The notes: generated by a model not told the origin, from the letters alone. A stretch of DNA of 62,060 bases from Patescibacteria group bacterium (GCA_041753515.1 JBGSUE010000056.1:1-62060), one strand, 5' to 3'; positions 22,691 through 32,247 are shown, numbered from the stretch's first letter. Numbers and translations: made by a program.

Positions 22691-23497
22691 AGTACACATC
22701 AGTCTGGACAAATATTGCTCATCACGCTGTTAGTATTGTCCGTGGCGCTTACGGTAGCCCTTTCGGTTATCGGTAGGACAACGACGGATGTGTCCATAAG
22801 CAGCCAGATCGAGGAATCCAATAGGGCATTTTCGGCTGCAGAGGCCGGAATTGAGGAAGCTCTCCGTTTGGGAGCCGCTCCCGGTGGAACACTTATGCTT
22901 TCACAAAGCAATACGACAGCAGACGTCACTGCAACGACAGTCGGGACAACCGATACATATGATGCAGGTGTTGCGCAGGTGGGTGAAGCCAAAACCATCT
23001 GGCTTATCCCCCATGATCCGGTAACAGGAGATCCTGTTTATGCCGGGCCGGGATACGGTCCGTCACGCACTATCACCGTCTGCTGGAGTAACTCTGCAGC
23101 ACTGGAAATCACCGTGTATTATGAAAAAAGCGGAAGTATAGGCATTGCGAAATCCGGATATGACCCGACAGGATCTGCTATCGGGTATACCGCAGCATCT
23201 GCCAACATCGGAGATATATGTGGCGAAGGAACGCAGCTCACTGATTATTTTACTACAATCGATTTTTCATCATATGCACCGGACACCCTCTATATGATGA
23301 GGATCCGGCCCAAGTACAGCCAGTCGCTGATACGTTTGAAAGCCCAGGATCCTCTGCCGGGTCTTGGGAATGAATTCACGTCGTGCGGATCGTCTGTACC
23401 GGGAGTCACGCGGTGTATTAAAGCATACCAGTTATACCCGGAACCTCCCGATCTTTTTGATTATGTGCTATATTCAAATACCGGTCCTATTCAATAA
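22667..23497 (+). CDS. PilX-like minor pilin
   Basis: SG|QILLITLL (no E5), RAFSAAEAGIEEAL. Confidence 0.78.
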   Translation: MNYELRISSTHQSGQILLITLLVLSVALTVALSVIGRTTTDVSISSQIEESNRAFSAAEAGIEEALRLGAAPGGTLMLSQSNTTADVTATTVGTTDTYDAGVAQVGEAKTIWLIPHDPVTGDPVYAGPGYGPSRTITVCWSNSAALEITVYYEKSGSIGIAKSGYDPTGSAIGYTAASANIGDICGEGTQLTDYFTTIDFSSYAPDTLYMMRIRPKYSQSLIRLKAQDPLPGLGNEFTSCGSSVPGVTRCIKAYQLYPEPPDLFDYVLYSNTGPIQ

Positions 23498-23511
23498 TTT
23501 TATGCCTGCCT

Positions 23512-24531
23512 ATGATTACTAAAATCGGTGTTGACATCGGATCACATTCCATAAAACTTGTTGAGCTAGCACATGAAAAAGACAGCGTCCGGTTGATTGC
23601 GGCTGGTGCCATCGCCACACCGCCAAAATCTCTTAATTCCCAGATTGATGCCGACCAGAAAGCCCTTGCCAATGCCATAAAACAACTTGTGAAGCAGACA
23701 ATGGCCAGAAGCCGCGATGTGATTATATCCCTGCCCGAATCGCAGGTGTTTACGCGTGTTATCGAGGTTCCCCAATTGTCTCAACGAGAATTGGCAAGCG
23801 CCATACGCTGGGAAGCCGAGCAGTATGTCCCACTTCCATTGGATCAGGTGAATCTAGATTTTTCAATATTACGGGATTCAAAAGTTACCTCAAGCGGAAA
23901 AATGGATGTCCTGTTGGTTGCAAGCCCGAAAACACTCGTTGAGAAATACGTTGCACTTATGGAAAACGCGGATTTGAATCCTATTGCTGCCGAAACGGAA
24001 ATCATTGCGATATCCCGTTCGCTCGTTCGCACAACGGCAATGGTGAAAAATGTCATGATTGTGTCACTGGGCGCACAAACAACGGATCTTGCTATCGTAC
24101 GGGAAGGAATTCTTGCCTTCACCCGTTCCATTTCTACAGGCGGTGAGGCATTGTCCCGCGCACTCATACAAGGATTGGAATTTAATCCCATGCAGGCTGA
24201 ACAGTTCAAACAGACGTACGGGCTTGAAAAAGACAAGCTTGAGGGAAAAATTGTGGCAGCCGTCCGACCGATTATGGATACCATTGTCAGCGAGATGACA
24301 CGGGCAATTGCCTATTTTCAGGAAAAATATACCACTGACCGCGTGGAGGTTATTCTCATCTGCGGTGGTACTGCAAAATTGCCCGGAATGGTAAGCTATA
24401 TTGCCGAATCAACCGGAGTAGAAACACAACTGGGCAATCCGTGGCTTGGTATCAAATATGAACAGCGTTTTACCGTATTGGAACCTGAAGGAGCAACATT
24501 TGCAGTGGCGATCGGTTTAGCTTTAAGGTGA
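23512..24531 (+). CDS. pilM: Type IV pilus assembly protein PilM
   Basis: GVDIGSHSIK, EAEQYVP, GG.AKLPG, NPW, AIGLALR. Confidence 0.92.
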   Translation: MITKIGVDIGSHSIKLVELAHEKDSVRLIAAGAIATPPKSLNSQIDADQKALANAIKQLVKQTMARSRDVIISLPESQVFTRVIEVPQLSQRELASAIRWEAEQYVPLPLDQVNLDFSILRDSKVTSSGKMDVLLVASPKTLVEKYVALMENADLNPIAAETEIIAISRSLVRTTAMVKNVMIVSLGAQTTDLAIVREGILAFTRSISTGGEALSRALIQGLEFNPMQAEQFKQTYGLEKDKLEGKIVAAVRPIMDTIVSEMTRAIAYFQEKYTTDRVEVILICGGTAKLPGMVSYIAESTGVETQLGNPWLGIKYEQRFTVLEPEGATFAVAIGLALR

Positions 24532-24536
24532 CGTGT

Positions 24537-25085
24537 ATGAATCCATCATCAAATATCAATCTTATCAAATCGGATACCCAGAATCTGGAAAGCTTAATAC
24601 CGATTCAGAATCTCTACCGTAATTTCAGTATCATAGTTTTGTTTATTGTCGTCGTTGCCGGACTTCTGACAATTTCAGGATATATCATCTTCGGTATCAG
24701 AGGGCAGGCGCTTGTAAATCAGAAGTCATCACTTCTTACCCGTCTGGAAGCGCAAAAAACGAAAGAAACACTGTTTTTGGCGGCTCGCAGCAGACTGAAA
24801 ATTGTGAAAGAAGTGCTCGATACATCCCGCAAAAAATCTGTATTCCTTACGAATGCCCAATCTGTTGCAGACGCTCCGGTGTTGGGAACGGTCACGGAAG
24901 ATGTTTCCGGAAGAGTATCCATGACATACAAGGTGTTGTCAATTGAAGATGCTATAGGACTTAATGACAGGATACTTGATCTGTATGAAGCAGGGATGAT
25001 AGACGACGTGAATCTGCTTGGCCTCAGCATCAGCCAGGACTATTCGATATCATTGTCGTATGATTATAAACCTGTCTGGAAATAA
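24537..25085 (+). CDS. PilN-like alignment protein
   Basis: INLI motif, single TM, position after pilM. Confidence 0.65.
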   Translation: MNPSSNINLIKSDTQNLESLIPIQNLYRNFSIIVLFIVVVAGLLTISGYIIFGIRGQALVNQKSSLLTRLEAQKTKETLFLAARSRLKIVKEVLDTSRKKSVFLTNAQSVADAPVLGTVTEDVSGRVSMTYKVLSIEDAIGLNDRILDLYEAGMIDDVNLLGLSISQDYSISLSYDYKPVWK

Positions 25086-25088
25086 ACT

Positions 25089-25826
25089 ATGACATTTCGG
25101 AAATTTTTACGGATGTACAATAAATTTGTCCTTCCGACAGTTATTCTTGTTATATGTATCATTGCTGTATTTTCAGGTATCGTCCCTGCTGTCAGATCGA
25201 TTCAGAATCAGTATATTGAGCAGGATGCTCTCAATAAGGAAATCGCTGTCATCCGTAAAAAAGTTCAAACTCTGGAAGCACTTGATGAGAACACATTGCG
25301 GCGTCAGGTTATTGATCTGATGACTGCTGTACCGCCATCGAAACAATTACCGTCGGTATTTTCAACACTGGATAGTGTGGCGCTTCAGTCCGGTGTCACT
25401 GTTGATTCCATGTCGATGGGTAGCAGCGGCAATATCGCGTCGGATTCCTCATCTGCTGCTTCATCACTTTCGCGCAGTACCAGCGGTCTTTTGGATATCG
25501 AAATGAGCGTCAATGGTACGAGTGATCAGGCGAAGCAATTTCTGGATACCCTTGCAGACGTCAGGCGTTTTGTGCGGGTTAATTCATTTTCTGCAGGGTA
25601 TGGTGAGGATGGATTGGTGAAAATGGGATTGTTATTGGATGCGTTTTATGCTCCGTATCCAAAAACACTCGGGAAATCTGGTGATCTTCTTGAGCCGTTC
25701 ACCGCAAACGAAGAAGTGTTATTATCGCAAGTAGCGCGGATGCCTCTTATCAGTCAGGAGCTTGCGCAGTATGAGAGTTTGCCGCCGGTAGAATACGGAA
25801 ACAAAGCCGACCCGTTTTCGTACTGA
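25089..25826 (+). CDS. PilO-like alignment protein
   Basis: TM plus coiled coil, ferredoxin-like region (FLDTL..VRR), C-terminal DPF. Confidence 0.7.
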   Translation: MTFRKFLRMYNKFVLPTVILVICIIAVFSGIVPAVRSIQNQYIEQDALNKEIAVIRKKVQTLEALDENTLRRQVIDLMTAVPPSKQLPSVFSTLDSVALQSGVTVDSMSMGSSGNIASDSSSAASSLSRSTSGLLDIEMSVNGTSDQAKQFLDTLADVRRFVRVNSFSAGYGEDGLVKMGLLLDAFYAPYPKTLGKSGDLLEPFTANEEVLLSQVARMPLISQELAQYESLPPVEYGNKADPFSY

Positions 25827-25827
25827 G

Positions 25828-25954
25828 TGTCATTGCGAGTCCGTTCCGACCGCGTGCCGCCATAGCTTTAGCGGTGGAGCACGGCGCGGCAATCTCATCA
25901 ATAGTTCTGAATCATCTCGAGATCGCCACGCTCGCTGACTCGCTCGCGATGACA
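25828..25954. repeat. REP-like doublet, family A, with a 32-bp nested hairpin insertion (25851-25882)
   Basis: Inverted homolog of 7679-7775, lying between the convergent pilO-like and trmD stops. Confidence 0.85.
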
Positions 25955-25957
25955 GTA

Positions 25958-26605
25958 TTAAGTAGAGTTATCTTTTTTCCATTCTTCAATCTTTTTATGA
26001 TTTCCGGATAAAAGTACTTCGGGAACTTTCATGCCCTGGTATTCCCGCGGTTCAGTGTACTGGGGATACTCATGCATCTGTTTTTCGGAGAATGATTCGT
26101 CTGTGGCTGCATTTTCCCGAATAACGCCGGGGATAAGGCGTGCGACGCCGTCAATAATTGCCATCGATGGTATTTCCCCGCCAGTCAATATAAAATCTCC
26201 CAGAGATATTTTCTCATCCACAAGATTGCCGGCTCTTTCGTCGACGCCTTCATAATGTCCGGCTATAATAATGATATGCGTATATGTGGCAAGCGCAGAT
26301 AAGGTTTTTTGGACAAGACGTGCTCCGCGTGGATCCGTGAGGATAATACGTGTTTGCGAACGGGCTATCCGTGATGAGCGCAGGATTTTTGTCAACGCCC
26401 GGTCGATAACGTCCACACGCAAAATCATTCCCGATCCTCCGCCATACGGTTTTCCATCTACAGTTTTGTAAGAATCAAGTGCATAATCACGCAGCTGAAT
26501 AAACTCTATTGTTATGAGTTTTTTTTTCGCTGCACGTCCGATAATTGACGTCTCAAGCGCTTCATAAAACATTTCGGGAAACAGTGTGATGAGAGAAAAT
26601 CTCAT
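25958..26605 (-). CDS. trmD: tRNA (guanine-N1)-methyltransferase
   Basis: TLFPEMF, PYGGG.GM, GHYEGVDER, SLGDFILTGGE, VPEVLLSGNH. Confidence 0.96.
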   Translation of the reverse strand: MRFSLITLFPEMFYEALETSIIGRAAKKKLITIEFIQLRDYALDSYKTVDGKPYGGGSGMILRVDVIDRALTKILRSSRIARSQTRIILTDPRGARLVQKTLSALATYTHIIIIAGHYEGVDERAGNLVDEKISLGDFILTGGEIPSMAIIDGVARLIPGVIRENAATDESFSEKQMHEYPQYTEPREYQGMKVPEVLLSGNHKKIEEWKKDNST

Positions 26606-26847
26606 GGACGGGTTGACTCTTCAGCTATGGCTATATCCACGTAGGTGTTATTTTTGGCTGCCATCAGCTTCATGATATCCCGGATAGAGCGGATGATTCT
26701 TCCCTGTTTGCCGATAATATGTCCCATATCTTCCGCGTGGACATGAATGGTGAAAAGTGTGCGGCTATCGTTTGACGCTTCATCGATTGTGAGTGCATCC
26801 GGATACGATACGATATGGGAAAGGATGTATAAAAGAACGTCTTTCAT
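26602..26847 (-). CDS. khpA: KH-domain RNA-binding protein
   Basis: EDMGHIIGKQGRIIRSIR; rpsP-khpA-trmD synteny. Confidence 0.85.
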   Translation of the reverse strand: MKDVLLYILSHIVSYPDALTIDEASNDSRTLFTIHVHAEDMGHIIGKQGRIIRSIRDIMKLMAAKNNTYVDIAIAEESTRP

Positions 26848-26854
26848 ATCGATG

Positions 26855-27082
26855 TCAGAGAGTAGCAAGTTTTTTTACTGTTTGGGAAACCTGAGCACCT
26901 TGTTTTATCCAGTATTCGATGCGTTTTTTATCAATAACGAGTTCCGGCGGTTTTACGAGCGGATTATAGTGGCCAAGAATTTCGATTGCCATACCGTCCC
27001 GTCGTTTGTGCGAGTCGATCGCGACAATTCTGTATGTTTTCCTGTTGCGTGAACCTGTTTGTGATAATCGTATTGTGACCAT
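26855..27082 (-). CDS. rpsP: 30S ribosomal protein S16
   Basis: MVTIRLSQTG..YRIVA..RRDG..IEILGHYNP; true start at 27082, with TAAAAT 7 nt upstream. Confidence 0.95.
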   Translation of the reverse strand: MVTIRLSQTGSRNRKTYRIVAIDSHKRRDGMAIEILGHYNPLVKPPELVIDKKRIEYWIKQGAQVSQTVKKLATL

Positions 27083-27095
27083 ACCGGATATTTTA

Positions 27096-27782
27096 TCAGA
27101 TCGCTCCCTTACTCTCAAGTGCGGCGCGAGCCGCTGACTGTTCTGCTTCCTGTTTGGATTTTCCCTTGCCGGATCCAAGGACAACATTTTCCGACAGAAC
27201 ATCCACCCAGAAGGTTTTATCATGGTCCGGTCCTTCACTTCGCTCGACTTTGTAGATTGGAGATATTTTGACTTTTTGCTGAACAATCTCCTGCAAATGG
27301 CTTTTGAAATCAATATATGCTTTATCTTCGATGAGCTTTTGTGCTTTTGGGAATAGGTAGGTTTCCAAATATGTTCGTGCGCTATCCAGTCCCTGGTCAA
27401 GGTATATGACTCCAAGAAGAGCTTCAAAGACATCAGCCAAAAGTGACTGATTCTTTCTTCCTCCGGAATCTTCTTCTCCTTTAGATAAAAAGAGCAGGTC
27501 GCCCAGTTTCAGCTCAGAGGCAACAGATGCAAGCGTTTTTGTTTTTACCAGGCTGGAACGGATATTTGTCAGGATTCCTTCAGGATATTGCGGATAGTGC
27601 GTGAAAAGATGGTGTGAGGTAAGAAGAGATAGGACAGAATCGCCTAAAAATTCAAGCCGTTCGTTTGATTCTTTGATGGTACGGTCTTCATTAAGATACG
27701 AGCGGTGATAAAATGCCTGTTTGAGGAGATCTCTGTTGGAGAATGTTATTTGTATATTTTTTTGGAGTTCATCAAAACTCAT
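27096..27782 (-). CDS. rnc: Ribonuclease III
   Basis: NERLEFLGDSVL, LADVFEALLG, dsRBD (KSHLQE...KSKQEAEQ). Confidence 0.96.
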   Translation of the reverse strand: MSFDELQKNIQITFSNRDLLKQAFYHRSYLNEDRTIKESNERLEFLGDSVLSLLTSHHLFTHYPQYPEGILTNIRSSLVKTKTLASVASELKLGDLLFLSKGEEDSGGRKNQSLLADVFEALLGVIYLDQGLDSARTYLETYLFPKAQKLIEDKAYIDFKSHLQEIVQQKVKISPIYKVERSEGPDHDKTFWVDVLSENVVLGSGKGKSKQEAEQSAARAALESKGAI

Positions 27783-28147
27783 GATTCATCCTCCTTTTTT
27801 CCAACGTATTTTGAATATATTGTTCCCAAAACTCCATTGATAAACTGCGGACTGTTCTGGTTGCCGAATGTTTTGGCAATCTCGACAGATTCATCGATCA
27901 CCACTTTCGGCGGTTCTTTGGCATTTACGGTCATTTCCCATATCGCATACCTCAAGATCGCAAGATCGATTTTTGCGATTTTATCCAGAGGCCATTCCGG
28001 CGCACATTCCTTAATTTTTTCATCAATCTGATAGCGCTCGATTTTCAGATAGTCAGGATACGAGTCGTCGTTGCGGAAACTGGCGGCAAAAATAGACTGG
28101 ATTTCAGCAATGCGTTTTTGATGCCTGGGATCTGTGGCTGACTTCAT
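27779..28147 (-). CDS. nusB: Transcription antitermination factor NusB
   Basis: W..DKIAKIDLAILR, VVIDESVEIAK.FG, FINGVL. Confidence 0.92.
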   Translation of the reverse strand: MKSATDPRHQKRIAEIQSIFAASFRNDDSYPDYLKIERYQIDEKIKECAPEWPLDKIAKIDLAILRYAIWEMTVNAKEPPKVVIDESVEIAKTFGNQNSPQFINGVLGTIYSKYVGKKEDES

Positions 28148-28157
28148 GTCTCTACTA

Positions 28158-28361
28158 TCAGCTGGTCTTTTTTATCTTTTTTTGTTTGACTTCAATGATC
28201 TGTTTGCCTTTATAATATCCGCATTTCCTGCACACACGATGCGGTTGCACAATTTCTCCACAGTGGGAGCAGCGGCCGTATGAGCGCCCCGGTGGGGTTA
28301 TTGCAGCTTTGCGTTTGCCGCCCCGTCTGGTTGAATGTCTACGTTTGGGTAATGGTGCCAT
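28158..28361 (-). CDS. rpmF: 50S ribosomal protein L32
   Basis: APLPKRRHS, CSHCG...PHRVCRKCGYY. Confidence 0.95.
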   Translation of the reverse strand: MAPLPKRRHSTRRGGKRKAAITPPGRSYGRCSHCGEIVQPHRVCRKCGYYKGKQIIEVKQKKIKKTS

Positions 28362-28366
28362 AGTAT

Positions 28367-30412
28367 TTATTCCTGTATGATCCGTATTTTACCTGAATAT
28401 ACGGCATCTCTCAAGTGGGGATATTCATGCATGGATCCGTCAATACCCACAACGCGCATAGCTGCCTCTTTCGTCTCCCCAAGCATTGTTTTATCCGTAA
28501 AATCAGCAAAACGGAGATTCGGTAAACCGTGCTGTTTTGTACCCAAAAAATCGCCGGGTCCTCTCATTGCCAAATCAAGTTCCGCAAGATCAGGTCCGCT
28601 GAAAATAGTCTCTAGCGATTTTAAGCGCCTGAGAGTCTCGGTGTTGGAATTTTCGGAAAACAATAGACAATATGCCTGTTGGTTCCTTCGTCCTACCCTT
28701 CCTCTCAGCTGGTGAAGCTGTGACAGACCGAATCTGTCTGCATCTTCGATGAGGATGATAGATGCATTGGGAATATCGATGCCGACCTCGACAACCGGAG
28801 TGGTGACAAGGATATCGGACGATCCTCCGGCAAATGCGGAAAGGACGTCCGTTTTTTTCTTTTCGCTCATGGATCCGTATAGAAGTGACACAGAGTATTT
28901 TGAAAATACAGTTTCTTTCAGACGTGTATATTCATTTTTTACCGATTTGACGGAATTTTCTTCACCATCACCTCCTTCAACTAAAGGGCATACGATAAAA
29001 ACCTGTGTTTTCTTTTCATCGATGTGACCGGAAATCCACTTGTAAGCGGCTTCACGTTTGGATGACGGCACAACCCAGGTTTTTACCTGTTTTCGCCCGG
29101 TAGGCAATTCTCTAATCACCGATACGTCAAGACTGTCCCAGACTGTGAGCGCAATAGTGCGTGGAATAGGTGTGGCTGTCATGGTAAGAATATGCGGTAC
29201 TGCAGATCCACGGCTTTTTTCTTTTAGTTTTGAACGTTGTGCCACACCAAAGCGCTGCTGTTCATCAACAACGATGAGTCCGACGTTGTCGTAGACCCTT
29301 GAATCGGATAAGAGCGCATGCGTTCCCACTATAATCTGCGGTTTTTCCGTGGAAAGTCCTTTTTCACCTTTTGCCGTAATAAGCGTTATACCGATACCCA
29401 AAGGCGTAAATAATTGTGTGAGAGATTCGAAGTGTTGTTGAGCAAGTATTTGTGTTGGAGCCATAAGGAGGCTTGTGTATCCTGACTGTGCCGCGATATG
29501 CATGGCGACTGCTGCAACAATCGTTTTTCCGGCCCCAACGTCGCCGATCAAGAGTCTGTTCATCGGATACGGTTTTTCTAAATCGTCAGTAATTTCTTCA
29601 ATAGCGAGTTTCTGGTCACACGTGAGGGTGAACGGTAGACGGGCAATAAAAGATTCTGTTATGTGTCGGCGTGTTGCCATCCTGCAGGAATTCGTGATGT
29701 TCCTCCATTGGATTTTTGAAGACTGTATAATGAGCTGGAGTGCAAATAGTTCTGCAAACGAAAGTCTTTTACGTGAAGCGGATATGTCTTCGTGCTTGTC
29801 GGGAAAATGAATTTTAGACAGTGCGGCAGTAATGGAGAGCAATGCGTACTTCTTCCGTATGTCATCAGGTATAATATCCTCTCCGAGATCAAGATGAAGA
29901 TTGAGAAGATAATCCATCCTGCCCCGCAGCCATTTGGATGTGACGCCTTGGGTTTCATGGTACACGGGAACCAGACGACCCATATGCAAAGACTGTGAGT
30001 CTGACTGGCCAGTTTCAAACTCAGGATTCACCAGAACGGTTTTTTTCCCAAAAAAAGATAATGCGCCTGCCATAGCTACATGGGTGCCTTTAGGGAGTAT
30101 GGAGAGAAGATATGGCTGATGGAAAAATATTGCTTCAATTGAACCCGTATCGTCCGCTATGCGGACAAGCTGCATTTTTTTGCCGGTTTTGGTTGCGACA
30201 CTCGCAATTGAAGTGACCGTCCCTTGGACGGTAACGGTTTGTCCGGCCCGTGTATCTTTCATGGCCACCATTTTGCGGAAATCATTGTATCTGTGGGGCG
30301 TATGGTAGAGAAGGTCTGAAACTGTATGTATACCCAGGCGTTCAAGGCGTTTAGCCATTGCAGGACCTACTTTTGGCACGTATTGTACCGGACTGTCTAT
30401 TGTCAGTTCCAT
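28367..30412 (-). CDS. recG: ATP-dependent DNA helicase RecG
   Basis: MNRLLIGDVGAGKT, DEQQRFGV, MTATPIPRT, RFGLSQLHQLRGRVGR. Confidence 0.95.
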   Translation of the reverse strand: MELTIDSPVQYVPKVGPAMAKRLERLGIHTVSDLLYHTPHRYNDFRKMVAMKDTRAGQTVTVQGTVTSIASVATKTGKKMQLVRIADDTGSIEAIFFHQPYLLSILPKGTHVAMAGALSFFGKKTVLVNPEFETGQSDSQSLHMGRLVPVYHETQGVTSKWLRGRMDYLLNLHLDLGEDIIPDDIRKKYALLSITAALSKIHFPDKHEDISASRKRLSFAELFALQLIIQSSKIQWRNITNSCRMATRRHITESFIARLPFTLTCDQKLAIEEITDDLEKPYPMNRLLIGDVGAGKTIVAAVAMHIAAQSGYTSLLMAPTQILAQQHFESLTQLFTPLGIGITLITAKGEKGLSTEKPQIIVGTHALLSDSRVYDNVGLIVVDEQQRFGVAQRSKLKEKSRGSAVPHILTMTATPIPRTIALTVWDSLDVSVIRELPTGRKQVKTWVVPSSKREAAYKWISGHIDEKKTQVFIVCPLVEGGDGEENSVKSVKNEYTRLKETVFSKYSVSLLYGSMSEKKKTDVLSAFAGGSSDILVTTPVVEVGIDIPNASIILIEDADRFGLSQLHQLRGRVGRRNQQAYCLLFSENSNTETLRRLKSLETIFSGPDLAELDLAMRGPGDFLGTKQHGLPNLRFADFTDKTMLGETKEAAMRVVGIDGSMHEYPHLRDAVYSGKIRIIQE

Positions 30413-30419
30413 GAAAAGT

Positions 30420-30527
30420 CTAGAGCCCTCCGTATAAAAGCGGCATCAGGGATGAAAGGATGAGAGCAAGCGATGCGATGACCACAATCACTTTCCAGAA
30501 TTTCTCATGTTTCCGAAAAAAGTTCAT
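30420..30527 (-). CDS. 35-aa single-TM small protein (not in ORF track)
   Basis: MNFFRKHEKFWKVIVVIASLALILSSLMPLLYGGL*; basic N-terminus plus hydrophobic helix; stop 7 nt before the recG ATG. Confidence 0.6.
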   Translation of the reverse strand: MNFFRKHEKFWKVIVVIASLALILSSLMPLLYGGL

Positions 30528-30538
30528 AGTATTTTTTT

Positions 30539-30582
30539 GTCATCCCGACTTGTTGCCGTCATCCCGAACTTGTTTCGGGATC
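30539..30582. repeat. Family B REP-like units (one partial, one full) at the 3' side of the nuclease gene
   Basis: gtcatcccgacttgtt (30539) and GTCATCCCGAACTTGTTTCGGGATC (30558-30582). Confidence 0.85.
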
Positions 30583-30587
30583 TAGTT

Positions 30588-30872
30588 TTATAAAATATAT
30601 TCCTTGTACAAATCCTTCATACAGGGATTTGTTGATCGTATTAAATTAATTTTCCATTCTCTATGCCAATTCTTTAATTGTTTTTCTCGTTTTATTGCAT
30701 CTATAGCCCTATCATATTCTTCAAAATACACAAGTTCATGAATATTATACTTTTTTGTAAAACTGTCTACAATATGATTTTTATGTTGATACGTGCGTTT
30801 TATAAGATCATGCGTCATGCCTGTATAAAATACAGTTCGGGTTTTATTGGATAATATGTATGTATAAAACAT
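30588..30872 (-). CDS. Small GIY-YIG nuclease (YhbQ/Slx1-like, ~94 aa)
   Basis: FYTYIL...FYTGMT.DL.KR..QH...FTKKY...LVYFE...AIKREKQLK.W.REWK..LI...NP; visibly AT-rich. Confidence 0.9.
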   Translation of the reverse strand: MFYTYILSNKTRTVFYTGMTHDLIKRTYQHKNHIVDSFTKKYNIHELVYFEEYDRAIDAIKREKQLKNWHREWKINLIRSTNPCMKDLYKEYIL

Positions 30873-30885
30873 ACAAAAGAAACCA

Positions 30886-31044
30886 GATGCTGAAACCTGC
30901 CTGCCGGCAGGCACGCGAGTTCAGCATGACTGTCCTTGTCATCCCGAACTTATTTCGGGATCACGTTCAAATTACTGTCATGCCGAATTTATTTCGGCAT
31001 CTCGTTTATATTCAAACTTGATGCTGAAACGAGTTCAGCATGAC
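30886..31044. repeat. Cluster of four family B REP-like units; the first carries a nested CCTGCCTGCCGGCAGGCACG
   Basis: Units at 30886-30930 (reverse, +20 bp insert at 30896-30915), 30938-30962, 30977-31001 and 31020-31044 (reverse). Confidence 0.88.
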
Positions 31045-31047
31045 GGA

Positions 31048-32247
31048 CTATTCAATAATTCTTTTTGCTTTTTTCCCAACCTTGAGTATATCACCAGCTT
31101 TAATTTTCAGTGCTTTGTTGCCAGATATAATTATCTCATTCAGTTTGACTGCATTTTGAGATAGCAAACGTTTTGCTTCAGAATTACTTTCAGCCATTCC
31201 CGCCTTTACAATTTGTGTATTTACATTTGGTTCATTTACCATCGTTGACAACCTGAGTGTTGGTACTTCCACAGTGACATCAATGACCCCATGTTGAAAC
31301 CGTTTTTCAAAATTTTCCTGTGCTTTTTTGGCGGAGGGTTCGTCGTTGAGCCAGGCGGTGAGCTCATATGCCAGCCGCTTTTTGAATGTCATCGGGTTCT
31401 CCCCCTTCTCCATCTTCTCATGCATCTCGGCTATCTCATTAATCATCTTATCTGTCAGAAGAGTAAAGCATGGAATAATGGCATCATCCCCAAGAGCCAT
31501 GATCTTACCGTAAAAATCGGACGGTTCATCGGTGAGCCCGATGACATTACCTTCCGTTTTTCCGATTTTTGTGCCTTTAGCATCAGTAAGCAGCGGAACT
31601 GTCATGACAAATTTTTCTTTTCCGAGCATTGCTTTCACAAGAGATCTTCCTGCAAGCATATTAAATGTCTGATCAGTACCTCCCATTTCCAGGTCAACTT
31701 TCATGACGACCGAATCGTACCCCTGCAAAAGCGGATAAATAAACTCCCTCAGGTTAATTGAATCTCCTGCTTTCATTCGTACCTGATACATATCACGTTC
31801 TATCAATTGTTGTACAGAAAAATGCTGAGCAATAACCAATATGTCCTCCAGTTTTAATTTTGTGAGCCAATCTCCGTTATATCTGATTTCGATTGGATTA
31901 TCGCCATCGAATCTTACTATTTTTGATGCTTGTTTGAGATATGAAACAGCATTATTGCGAAGTTCCTGACGGCTCATGAATGTGCCCCGTGCTTTCATTT
32001 TGCCCGAAGGATCTCCGGCTAGCCCTGTCCCGTCACCGACCAGAAATATAACATGGTGGCCAAGATCCTGCCATTGACGAAGTTTTCGAAAACCGACAGC
32101 ATGACCAATATGAAGTTGTGACCCCGTCGGATCAAAGCCCTGGTACAGGGTCAGTTTTTTCCCGCTTCTCAATACTTTTTCCAGTGCATCACGGCTGGGA
32201 TAAATCGTATCCACTCCACGGGTGAGAAGTGTTTCAATCGGATCCAT
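31048..32247 (-). CDS. tyrS: Tyrosine--tRNA ligase
   Basis: GFDPTG..LHIGH, YPLLQGYD, GGTDQ.FN, KIGKT, C-terminal S4 domain. Confidence 0.96.
   Translation of the reverse strand: MDPIETLLTRGVDTIYPSRDALEKVLRSGKKLTLYQGFDPTGSQLHIGHAVGFRKLRQWQDLGHHVIFLVGDGTGLAGDPSGKMKARGTFMSRQELRNNAVSYLKQASKIVRFDGDNPIEIRYNGDWLTKLKLEDILVIAQHFSVQQLIERDMYQVRMKAGDSINLREFIYPLLQGYDSVVMKVDLEMGGTDQTFNMLAGRSLVKAMLGKEKFVMTVPLLTDAKGTKIGKTEGNVIGLTDEPSDFYGKIMALGDDAIIPCFTLLTDKMINEIAEMHEKMEKGENPMTFKKRLAYELTAWLNDEPSAKKAQENFEKRFQHGVIDVTVEVPTLRLSTMVNEPNVNTQIVKAGMAESNSEAKRLLSQNAVKLNEIIISGNKALKIKAGDILKVGKKAKRIIE

Noticed and set aside
26855-27433. 192-aa extended S16 overlapping rnc
   Set aside because: S16 homology starts at 27082, where a -10 lies 7 nt upstream; the extension is an off-frame shadow of rnc.
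30873-30914. MPAGRQ N-terminal extension of the nuclease
   Set aside because: It is a translation of the nested palindrome/REP; ATG 30872 matches the domain start.
30539-31044. CRISPR array
   Set aside because: Units alternate in orientation, spacers are short and irregular, copies are dispersed, and there are no cas genes.
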